Positions 9,913 to 18,168 of a stretch of DNA of 64,000 bases are shown piece by piece. Position 1 is the first letter of the stretch, and every line of letters starts with the position of its first letter. The notes beneath the pieces are model-generated. The model was not told the origin of the DNA. It made no database searches and worked only from the letters and a program-made list of their open reading frames with translations. The DNA comes from Actinomycetota bacterium (lineage in GTDB: Bacteria; Actinomycetota; Acidimicrobiia; IMCC26256; JACPCJ01): assembly GCA_016179865.1 (NCBI GenBank), contig JACPCJ010000106.1, positions 8,950 through 72,949 on the forward strand, in the 5' to 3' direction. The translations under genes and the position numbers were made by a program.

Positions 9913-10727
9913 TGCGCCGACTTTCGCGGGCTCTGCTCGCCGACCTCGACCGCTGGGAAGCGGGTTCGATCGGGATCGACGACCTCGCCACCCGCCACCC
10001 CGACCACGCCGAGGTGCTGACCGAGATGCATGCCTTGGTGACCATGCTGACCGTCGCGCCCGAGCGTGCTCCCGGGCCGTCTTGGAAGGAACTGTCGGCG
10101 ATGCTGCCGGCGCAGTGTTCCGCCTCGGCCACGGAGCGCCGGGGCCTGCCCCGAAGCCTGGCGGTCAAGAGCGTGGTCGCCGCCTTCCTGGCCGGGGCCG
10201 TCGCTGCCCCCGCCACCGCCGCCGCCCAGAGAGGCAACGACGCTGCCGCCGGGGCGCCGGCGCCCGGTGGTGCGTCTCGGGATCCGGCGGCGGTCGTGGT
10301 CGAGTCGGCCGACCCGACACCGGCCAGGGCCGAGCAGACGGTCGTCATCGACGACGTGGCGCTTGCGGCTGCACCCGAAGCCATCGATGAGGTATCCGCC
10401 CCGGAGACACCGAGTGAATCACGCGACGCCCCCGAGGAGGTCGCTCCCGCGCCGGCCACGTCACCCGTGTCGGGACCCGCGACCGAGCCGGCGTCGCCGC
10501 CGGCGGCCGCACCCGAAGATGCGCAGGCGACCCCTGACCCCACTGCGGATGACCCGGAGCCAGACCCGGAGCCAGACCCGGCTCCGGAGCCGAGCCCGGC
10601 ACCGGACTCAGGAACCGCTTCAGCGCCCGAGTCTGATGGCCGGGGGAGAAGCGGGGACGCTCCGGGCCACGGAGGTACGCCCCCCGGCCAGGCCGGCCGA
10701 CCGGACCGGGCGAACGGCAAGAAGTAG
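9909..10727 (+). CDS. Putative anti-sigma factor with TM segment and Pro/Ala/Glu-rich tail
   Basis: ATGA overlap with the ECF stop; cytoplasmic N-terminus, hydrophobic segment, low-complexity C-terminus. Confidence 0.55.
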   Translation: MMRRLSRALLADLDRWEAGSIGIDDLATRHPDHAEVLTEMHALVTMLTVAPERAPGPSWKELSAMLPAQCSASATERRGLPRSLAVKSVVAAFLAGAVAAPATAAAQRGNDAAAGAPAPGGASRDPAAVVVESADPTPARAEQTVVIDDVALAAAPEAIDEVSAPETPSESRDAPEEVAPAPATSPVSGPATEPASPPAAAPEDAQATPDPTADDPEPDPEPDPAPEPSPAPDSGTASAPESDGRGRSGDAPGHGGTPPGQAGRPDRANGKK

Positions 10728-11288
10728 TCAGACCTCCCGGCCCAGGAGGGCGAGGAGGCGTCGGTGCGCGGGGGCGTCCTCGGCGCATTCCACCTCAGGC
10801 CCGAACACGCCCGGCATCCGGAAGTTGTCGATGGGCATCTGCTGGGCGATGCCGAGGATGGTGTTGGCGAGATCCACGTCGATGGAGCCCTCCTGCCCGG
10901 TGGCGATGGCGGTGTCGGCGACGTGGGTGAAGATCTCCAGGGCGCTGAAGGTTGCGCCCTGCTCGCCCGGCACCTCGCCGAAGGGCATCATCACGTTGCG
11001 CTCCAGCACACCCGGCTGGTTCCACGCCTCGACGAGTTCCTTGCCCGCCTGGCGGAAGCCGGTGGCGGGGTCGTCGCCTACGAAGTCCTCGCTCATCAAT
11101 TCGGCCGCAACCCGGTGCTCGTTCACCCCGATGGCGATGAGCTTGGCGGCGCCCGTGAGGTGGTTCGTCAGTGCCTTGACGTCGAACTCGGCGCACGGCG
11201 TGGAGTCGCCGAGCTGGCCGGGCTGGATGCCGTCCAAGATGGTCTGGCCGTTGGAGACGGCCTGCTCGATGAACTGAACGGGATTCAT
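10728..11288 (-). CDS. TIGR03086-like DinB/MDMPI metal-binding protein
   Basis: TPCAEFDVKALTNH, HVADTAIATGQ and RLLALLGR motifs. Confidence 0.85.
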   Translation of the reverse strand: MNPVQFIEQAVSNGQTILDGIQPGQLGDSTPCAEFDVKALTNHLTGAAKLIAIGVNEHRVAAELMSEDFVGDDPATGFRQAGKELVEAWNQPGVLERNVMMPFGEVPGEQGATFSALEIFTHVADTAIATGQEGSIDVDLANTILGIAQQMPIDNFRMPGVFGPEVECAEDAPAHRRLLALLGREV

Positions 11289-11371
11289 TTCCCCTCCTGG
11301 TGGTGGCTTGGTCGTGGGTGAGCGTTGACACCCTACGCGCGTCTGCCCGGTCGCGCGCGAGGCTGGATTTC

Positions 11372-12565
11372 TTGACCCTCGATCCCACGCAGCTCGCCGA
11401 GGTGAGCGACCCGTACCCGTTGTACGCGGCCCAGCGGGCAGAGGCTCCGGTCGCCCGGGCGCCGTCGGGCTTCTGGTGCGTGACCGGCTACGACGAAGCG
11501 GAGGCTGTGCTGCGCGACTCGCGGTCGACGACGGGGCCCATCGGGGCCCGCTACCGCGAGGCGCTGCCCGACGGCTCGGCGGCCCGCACCGAGCTCGGCC
11601 GCCGGATCAACCTCATCGACCCCCCCGACCACACGCGGGTCCGGGGTCTGGTTGGCAAGGCGTTCACGCCCCGCCGGGTCGAGCAGATGCGGGAGTGGAT
11701 CGCCACCCTTGCCGACCGGCTGCTGGCCGACGCCGAGACCATCGCCACCATCGAGGGAGCCGTCGACCTCCTGCCCGTGGTGGCCCACCCCCTTCCGTCG
11801 CTCGTGATCTCGGAATTGCTCGGCGTTCCCGGAACCGACCGGGCGCTCCTGTCGGAGCTGACCGAGGCCACGGCACCCCTGCTCGGCGTCTCGGTGCCGG
11901 CCGACGACTGGGAACGCGGACTTGATGCCAGCGAGCGCTTCGCCGAGTACGTCGAGGGCCTGCTCGCCGAGCGGGCCCAGGCCCCAGGCGACGACTTGCT
12001 GTCGGCGCTCATCGCCGCCGAGGAAGAGGGCGACCGGCTCACCCACGAGGAGCTGATGTCGCTCGTGGTCACGCTCTACGCCGCCGGCCATCGCACCACC
12101 CGCGACCTCTTCACCAACGGCCTCGCCGCCCTTCTCCGCGCCGAGCCGGCCCAGCGCGCGGCGGCCGCCGACGACCCCAAGCGGGCAACCGAGGAATTCG
12201 TGCGCTTCGCCACCCCGACGCACTTCGTGGGCCGGGTGCCCGTGGAGCCCATGGAAGTCGCCGGGGAGGCCATCGGCCCCTACGAACCCGTCCTCGTGTT
12301 CCTCGCCGCCGCCAACCGCGACCCCCGCCGCTTCGCCGATCCCGAACGCCTCGACGTCACCCGCGCCCCCGACCCACCGCCCCTCTCGTTCGCCCTCGGC
12401 CCCCACTTCTGCCTCGGCGCCTCCCTCGCACGCACCGAGGTCGAGATCCTGGTGGGTGCCACCCTCCGCCGCTGGCCTGAGATGTCTTCCGCGGAAGACG
12501 ACCACGGCTGGTGGACGGCGGGCCCGTTCCGGGGCTTGAAGTCGCTGCGGGTGCGCCTGGGCTGA
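11372..12565 (+). CDS. Cytochrome P450
   Basis: DPPDHTRVR, EFVR (ExxR) and FALGPHFCLG heme motif; I-helix reads AAGHRTT. Confidence 0.93.
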   Translation: MTLDPTQLAEVSDPYPLYAAQRAEAPVARAPSGFWCVTGYDEAEAVLRDSRSTTGPIGARYREALPDGSAARTELGRRINLIDPPDHTRVRGLVGKAFTPRRVEQMREWIATLADRLLADAETIATIEGAVDLLPVVAHPLPSLVISELLGVPGTDRALLSELTEATAPLLGVSVPADDWERGLDASERFAEYVEGLLAERAQAPGDDLLSALIAAEEEGDRLTHEELMSLVVTLYAAGHRTTRDLFTNGLAALLRAEPAQRAAAADDPKRATEEFVRFATPTHFVGRVPVEPMEVAGEAIGPYEPVLVFLAAANRDPRRFADPERLDVTRAPDPPPLSFALGPHFCLGASLARTEVEILVGATLRRWPEMSSAEDDHGWWTAGPFRGLKSLRVRLG

Positions 12566-12653
12566 GCGAGAAGGCAAGGGTGGCGGAATTCACGCGTCTG
12601 CGGTCACACCCCCGTGCTTGGATGGTGGCCCAGCGAGACGAGGGGGCGCCGCG

Positions 12654-13541
12654 GTGGCTGACGTGACGATGTTCGAGCGAGACACGACGCCGGAGGCGGA
12701 TCCGGCGGGTCCGGGCCGGTACCGGTCGGTGATGACCGAGAACTGGCAAGCTCCGATCCTCCCCCACGGGGGAATCGTGACCGCCGTGGCCCTGCGGGCC
12801 ATGGAGATGGAGCTCGCTCGCCCCGACCAGAAGCTCCGGTCGGTTACCACGGTGTTCGCCGCTCAGGTGCCACCCGGCCCGGTCGAAATCGACGTCGCCG
12901 TCCTCCGACGCGGCAAGGCGGCGTCCCAGGCCATCGCCACCGTTCGCCCGCAGGGCGCGGACGCCGGGCACACGGCGGTGGCCGTCTTCGGTGCCACCCG
13001 GCCCGGGTTCGAGTTCACCGACCTCTCCATCCCCGAGGTCCCGCCGCCCGAGGATTGTCCGAGCAACCGCGACATCGAAGAGCGCGAGCAGCCGTGGGCG
13101 TCGGCCACCTTCTGGCACCACGCCGAGAGCCGGATCGCCCGGGGGCACCCTTGGTGGGACGAGGAATGGGAGCCCGACGGCACTTCTGAGCGGTGCTACT
13201 GGATGCGTTTCGACGAGCCACCGCTGCGCGACGACGGCACCCTCGATCCCCTCGCCGTGGTGGCCCTGTGCGACACCATGCCCGGGGCGGTGGGGGAGCG
13301 CATGGGCCCCGGGCAGCCCATGTGGTTCGCGCCCAGCGCCGACCTGACCATCCACCTGTTCCAGGACGCCACCGCCGAGTGGCTGCTCGCCCGCAACCGC
13401 GCCCGCCACGCCGGCGAGGGGTATGCATCGCTCGAGATGGAGATGTGGGACGTCGAGCGCGGCCTCATCGCCTACGCCACGCAGATGATGATCTTCAGCT
13501 TCCCCGACGGCCCGCCCGAGAACCCCCACCCACCGGTCTGA
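12654..13541 (+). CDS. Acyl-CoA thioesterase (double hotdog, TesB-like)
   Basis: PHGG, VLRRGK, LCDTMPG and SADLTIH motifs. Confidence 0.85.
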   Translation: MADVTMFERDTTPEADPAGPGRYRSVMTENWQAPILPHGGIVTAVALRAMEMELARPDQKLRSVTTVFAAQVPPGPVEIDVAVLRRGKAASQAIATVRPQGADAGHTAVAVFGATRPGFEFTDLSIPEVPPPEDCPSNRDIEEREQPWASATFWHHAESRIARGHPWWDEEWEPDGTSERCYWMRFDEPPLRDDGTLDPLAVVALCDTMPGAVGERMGPGQPMWFAPSADLTIHLFQDATAEWLLARNRARHAGEGYASLEMEMWDVERGLIAYATQMMIFSFPDGPPENPHPPV

Positions 13542-13587
13542 ACGTCTCAACCGCGGCAGTGCACCGGTCCGCATACGCTGCGGCCTC

Positions 13588-13956
13588 GTGGGGGACGCCG
13601 TCTTCAGCCGTGCCGAGGCGGACGCGTTGCTGGTCGAACTGCGTTCGGCGATCGATGAGCTGATTGCCCTGCGCGCCGACCTCACGGCCGCCGTCCACGC
13701 CCACGAAGAAGGCGACGAGTCGGTGCCGCTGGCCGACCTGAAGGGGATGGACGCCCGCCTCGCCGAGGTGCTGGACCTGTTCCGCGTCCACGGTGTCGAC
13801 GTGAAGGGGTGGGCGCCCCTCCTCCTCGACTTCCCGCTCGCGCCCGACGGGGCGATCCTGCTCTGTTGGCTCGAGGGTGAGGACCAGATCGGTTGGTATC
13901 ACGACGCTCGCCAAGGATTTGCCGGCCGCCGCCGGCTCGACGATCTGCCCGACTGA
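13588..13956 (+). CDS. DUF2203-like protein
   Basis: F...EA N-terminus, LLDFP, LLCWLEGE...WYH...GFAGRR motifs. Confidence 0.8.
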   Translation: MGDAVFSRAEADALLVELRSAIDELIALRADLTAAVHAHEEGDESVPLADLKGMDARLAEVLDLFRVHGVDVKGWAPLLLDFPLAPDGAILLCWLEGEDQIGWYHDARQGFAGRRRLDDLPD

Positions 13957-13969
13957 CGAGGGGGACTCG

Positions 13970-14716
13970 ATGGCCCTGAACACCATGCAGGAGCAGATGT
14001 GCTCGGAGAGCCGATGGGACTTCTCCGATCTGTCGGCGCTCTACATCAACTGCACGCTCAAGCGGTCCCCCGAGCCGTCGCACACCCAGGGGCTGGCCGA
14101 CCTCTCCATCGCCATCATGGAGAAGAACGGGGTGACCACTGAGACCATCCGCGCCGTCGACTACGACATCGCCCCCGGCGTCTACGCCGACATGACCGAG
14201 CACGGCTGGCCCACGGACGACTGGCCGGCGATCGCCGAGAAGGTGATGGCCGCCGACATCCTCGTCCTGCTCAGCCCGATCTGGCTGGGTGAGAAGTCGT
14301 CGATCTGCACCAAGGTGATCGAGCGCCTGTACGGGAACTCGCACATGCTCAACGACGAGGGCCAGTACGCCTACTACGGGCGGGTCGGCGGCTGCATCAT
14401 CACCGGCAACGAGGACGGCGCCAAGCACTGCGCCATGAACATCCTCTACTCCCTCCAGCACCTCGGATACGTGATCCCGCCCCAGGCCGACTCGGCGTGG
14501 CTGGGAGAGGCGGGCCCCGGCCCCTCCTACCTGGACCCCGGTTCGGGGGGACCCGAGAACGACTTCACGAACCGCAACACCACCTTCCTGACTTGGAACC
14601 TCCTCCACCTGGCCCGCATGATCAAGGACGCCGGGGGCATTCCCGCCCACGGGAACCAGCGGGCGAGCTGGGACGCCGGGTGCCGGTTCGACTTCGCGAA
14701 CCCCGACTACCGGTAG
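13970..14716 (+). CDS. Flavodoxin-like NAD(P)H-dependent FMN reductase family protein
   Basis: NCTLKRSPEPSHT, SPIWLGE and TGNEDG motifs. Confidence 0.85.
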   Translation: MALNTMQEQMCSESRWDFSDLSALYINCTLKRSPEPSHTQGLADLSIAIMEKNGVTTETIRAVDYDIAPGVYADMTEHGWPTDDWPAIAEKVMAADILVLLSPIWLGEKSSICTKVIERLYGNSHMLNDEGQYAYYGRVGGCIITGNEDGAKHCAMNILYSLQHLGYVIPPQADSAWLGEAGPGPSYLDPGSGGPENDFTNRNTTFLTWNLLHLARMIKDAGGIPAHGNQRASWDAGCRFDFANPDYR

Positions 14717-14721
14717 GGACC

Positions 14722-14768
14722 GTAAAGGTCACGAACCGGTGCTGGGACGGGGGTAATTGACCGTTAGG
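14722..14768. repeat. Dispersed imperfect palindrome, family C (second copy 50024-50068)
   Basis: TAAAGGTCACGAACCG...GGGGTAATTGACCGTTAGG closely matches 50024-50068. Confidence 0.7.
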
Positions 14769-14776
14769 GAGGATTG

Positions 14777-17071
14777 ATGGAGGACCACTTCGAGGGCCGG
14801 ATCGGGCGCTACTGGTGGGACGCCGAGCCGTGGTGGCCCAACCCGGTCCGGCCGCCCGAGGGGGCGCCGAACATCCTGATCGTGGTGCTCGACGACGTGG
14901 GCTTCGCCCAGGTCGGGTGTTTCGGCTCCGACATCGCCACCCCCAACCTCGACGCCCTCGCCGCCGCGGGGCTGCGCTACACGAACTTCCACACCACGGC
15001 CCTGTGCTCGCCCACCCGCGCCTGCGTGCTCACGGGGCGCAACCACCACACCTGTGGGATGGGGCGCATCATCGAGCTGGCGGCGGGATTCCCTGGTTAC
15101 CACGCGCGCATTCCCCGGTCGTGCGGGTTCCTCCCCGAGATGCTCACTCCACACGGCTACGCGGCGTGGGCCGTCGGCAAGTGGCACCTGACCCCCGAGG
15201 ACGAGACCCACCTCGGGGCGACGCGGGAGCGCTGGCCGCTGGGTCGGGGGTTCGAGCGCTACTACGGCTTCATCAACGGGGGCGAGACCCACCAGTTCGC
15301 CCCCGAGCTGGTCTACGACAACCACTTCGTTGACCCGCCCCGCTCGATCGAGGAGGGCTACCACCTCACCGAAGACCTGGTGGACAAGGCCGTGGAGTTC
15401 GTGAGCGACCTGCGCCAGGTTGACCCGGCCAAGCCCTTCCTCCTCTGGTTCGCCACCGGCGCGTGCCACTCGCCCCACCACGCGCCCCCGGAGTGGATCG
15501 AGCGCTACGCGGGGGCTTTCGACGACGGCTGGGACGCCTGGCGGGAGCGGACCTTCGCCCGTCAGGTGGCCGAGGGCATCGTTCCCGCCCACACCGAGCT
15601 GTCACCCCGGCCCGACTGGGTGCCGGCGTGGGCCGACCTTCCTGAGGGCACGCGCCGGCTCTATGCCCGTTACATGGAGGCGTTCGCCGGCTACCTCTCG
15701 CACACCGACCACCACCTCGGCCGCCTCCTCGACTTCCTGGCCGGGACGGGAGAGCTCGACAACACCATGGTGATGGTGCTCTCCGACAACGGGGCCTCCT
15801 CGGAAGGTGGCCCGACCGGTTCGATCAACGACGTGCGGCTGTGGAATGGCCTGCCTCGCACGGTCGAAGAGGCCCTCGATCGCATCGGCGAGATCGGGGG
15901 GCCCCGGGCCCACAACAACTACCCCTGGGGGTGGACGGTCGCCGGCAACACCCCCTTCCGCCGCTGGAAGCGCGAGACGCACGAGGGAGGAGTGGCCGAC
16001 CCGCTCATCGTGTCGTGGCCGGCTCGCATGGCCGGAGCCGGGGGCGACCGGGGCGACGGGCTGCGCCGCCAGTACGTGCACGCCATCGATCTCGCCCCCA
16101 CCATCCTCGAGGCCATCGGGATCGAGCCGCCGGCCGAGATCCGCGGCGTGCGCCAGGTTCCGGCCGAAGGGACATCGTTTCTCCGCTCGCTCACCGACCC
16201 GGCGGCCCCCGAGCACCACGTGACCCAGTACTACGAGATGTTCGGCTGCCAGGCCATCTACCACGACGGCTGGAAGGCCGTGACGTACCACCCCATCCAG
16301 GATGACAAGCCCGGCCTGGACCGGGCCGAGTGGGAGTTGTACGACCTGCGCGCCGACCCATCGGAGTGCCACGACCTGGCGTCCGAGCAACCCGAGAGGC
16401 TGGCGGAAATGGTGGAGCTGTGGTGGCGAGAGGCCGAGGCGCACGATGTGCTGCCCCTGGACAACCGCCCCTTCTCGGAGTTCATCTTCGACCGGCCGGA
16501 CGGGCTGGCGGCGCGCGACCGCTACGTGTATCGGCCCGGCGGGGGGATGGTGCCCGAGTTCGTCGCCGTCAACGTGCGCAATCGCTGGCACCGCGTGACG
16601 GCGGAGATTGACGTCCCCGAGGGTGGCGTGGAGGGCGTCATCCTCGCCCAGGGCTCGTACCTGGGCGGGTGGGCCTTCTACGTCGTCGACTCCACCCTCC
16701 GGTACGTACACAACCTCTCGGGGCTGGAGGAGCACCGGGTGGCGTCGCCCCAGCCGCTCGCGCCGGGTCACCACGTGGTGGGCTTCCAGTTCCGCCCCGG
16801 CGACCACGGGTCCGGCGAGGTGGACCTCGTCGTGGATGGTGAGGTCGTCGGAAGCGGTTCGATCCCGCGGTTCACGTGGACGCGCTTCTCGCTTACCGGC
16901 CACGGTCTCACGTGCGGGAGGGGGCTGGCCCCGGCCGTGAGCGACGAGTTCGTCGCACCGTTCCGCTTCACGGGTGGGCTCAGCGAGGTCGTGGTCGAGG
17001 TCGAGCCGCGGGGTGAGCTGACCGAGGCCGAGGCGGAGGCCGAGGCTCAGGCCGCCATCACCACCCAATGA
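14777..17071 (+). CDS. Arylsulfatase (formylglycine-dependent)
   Basis: PNILIVVLDDVG, CSPTRACVLTGRN (CxPxR), GKWHL and SDNG motifs. Confidence 0.95.
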   Translation: MEDHFEGRIGRYWWDAEPWWPNPVRPPEGAPNILIVVLDDVGFAQVGCFGSDIATPNLDALAAAGLRYTNFHTTALCSPTRACVLTGRNHHTCGMGRIIELAAGFPGYHARIPRSCGFLPEMLTPHGYAAWAVGKWHLTPEDETHLGATRERWPLGRGFERYYGFINGGETHQFAPELVYDNHFVDPPRSIEEGYHLTEDLVDKAVEFVSDLRQVDPAKPFLLWFATGACHSPHHAPPEWIERYAGAFDDGWDAWRERTFARQVAEGIVPAHTELSPRPDWVPAWADLPEGTRRLYARYMEAFAGYLSHTDHHLGRLLDFLAGTGELDNTMVMVLSDNGASSEGGPTGSINDVRLWNGLPRTVEEALDRIGEIGGPRAHNNYPWGWTVAGNTPFRRWKRETHEGGVADPLIVSWPARMAGAGGDRGDGLRRQYVHAIDLAPTILEAIGIEPPAEIRGVRQVPAEGTSFLRSLTDPAAPEHHVTQYYEMFGCQAIYHDGWKAVTYHPIQDDKPGLDRAEWELYDLRADPSECHDLASEQPERLAEMVELWWREAEAHDVLPLDNRPFSEFIFDRPDGLAARDRYVYRPGGGMVPEFVAVNVRNRWHRVTAEIDVPEGGVEGVILAQGSYLGGWAFYVVDSTLRYVHNLSGLEEHRVASPQPLAPGHHVVGFQFRPGDHGSGEVDLVVDGEVVGSGSIPRFTWTRFSLTGHGLTCGRGLAPAVSDEFVAPFRFTGGLSEVVVEVEPRGELTEAEAEAEAQAAITTQ

Positions 17072-18099
17072 TCGCCGGCGTTGACCTCGACGTCTTGGCC
17101 GAGTGGATGGACGGTGAGGGTCTGGGCGGTGGCCCGGTGGAGGACGCGCGGCTGCTGACGGGCGGGACCCAGAACATCCTCGTTCGCTTCCGGCGGGCCG
17201 AACGTGAGTACGTCCTCCGTCGCCCACCCATCCACAAACGGACCAACAGCGACGAGACCATGCGCCGTGAGGCGAGGGTGCTCGCCGCCCTGGCGGGAAG
17301 CGACGTGCCGCACCCCGCCTTCATCGCCGGCTGCCCCGACGAAGGTGTCCTCGGCGCCGCCTTCTATCTGATGGAGCCCGTCGACGGGTTCAACCCCACG
17401 ACCGCGCTCCCGCCCCTCCACGCCGGTGACCCGGCCGTTCGGCACGCCATGGGCCTCGAGATGCCCGACGCCATCGCCGCCCTCCACCGGGTCGACTTCC
17501 TGGCCGCCGGACTCGACGGCTTCGGTAAGCCCGACGGCTACCTGGAGCGCCAGGTCGATCGATGGCGGAGCCAGCTCGAGTCGTACTCGGAGCTGGAGGG
17601 GTACCCGGGCCCCGAAATTCCCGGGGTCGACGCCGTGGCGGACTGGCTCGACGCCAACCGGCCGGAGCCGTCAGCGCCCGGGGTGATTCACGGGGACTTC
17701 CACCTGGCCAACGTCCTCTTCGACCCGACTTCGCACCGGATGCTCGCCATGGTGGACTGGGAGCTGAGCACGTTGGGCGACCCCCTGGTCGACCTCGGAC
17801 AGCTCCTCGCCACCTGGCCCGCTTCCGACGATGACCCGGGCGCCATGATGCTGACCGTCCAGCCGTGGGGCGGCTTTCCCGCGCCGGAGGAGCTGGTGGC
17901 GAGGTACGCGCAGGGCAGCAACCGAGATCTCACCGCCGCGAATTGGTACGAGGTCCTCGCTTGCTACCGGCTCGGGATCATTCTGGAAGGAACGCATGCC
18001 CGGGCCTTCGCAGGGAAGGCTCCCAAGGAGGTGGGAGACCTCCTCCACGGCGCGACCCTGGCGCTCTTCGCCCGCGCCCGCCGCCGCGCCGGCGTCTGA
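17068..18099 (+). CDS. Phosphotransferase family protein (APH/ACAD10-like kinase)
   Basis: VLRRPP, HGDFHLANV and DWELSTLGDP motifs. Confidence 0.9.
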   Translation: MIAGVDLDVLAEWMDGEGLGGGPVEDARLLTGGTQNILVRFRRAEREYVLRRPPIHKRTNSDETMRREARVLAALAGSDVPHPAFIAGCPDEGVLGAAFYLMEPVDGFNPTTALPPLHAGDPAVRHAMGLEMPDAIAALHRVDFLAAGLDGFGKPDGYLERQVDRWRSQLESYSELEGYPGPEIPGVDAVADWLDANRPEPSAPGVIHGDFHLANVLFDPTSHRMLAMVDWELSTLGDPLVDLGQLLATWPASDDDPGAMMLTVQPWGGFPAPEELVARYAQGSNRDLTAANWYEVLACYRLGIILEGTHARAFAGKAPKEVGDLLHGATLALFARARRRAGV

Positions 18100-18102
18100 T
18101 CG

Positions 18103-18147
18103 TGTGTGAGTATCTGGTTGCGGATCCCGCAACCAGATACTCACACA
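18103..18147. repeat. Perfect 21-bp-arm hairpin, REP-like family A (possible bidirectional terminator)
   Basis: TGTGTGAGTATCTGGTTGCGG-ATC-CCGCAACCAGATACTCACACA between convergent genes. Confidence 0.85.
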
Positions 18148-18168
18148 GCTGCTGCGGGCGGGTTCCCG

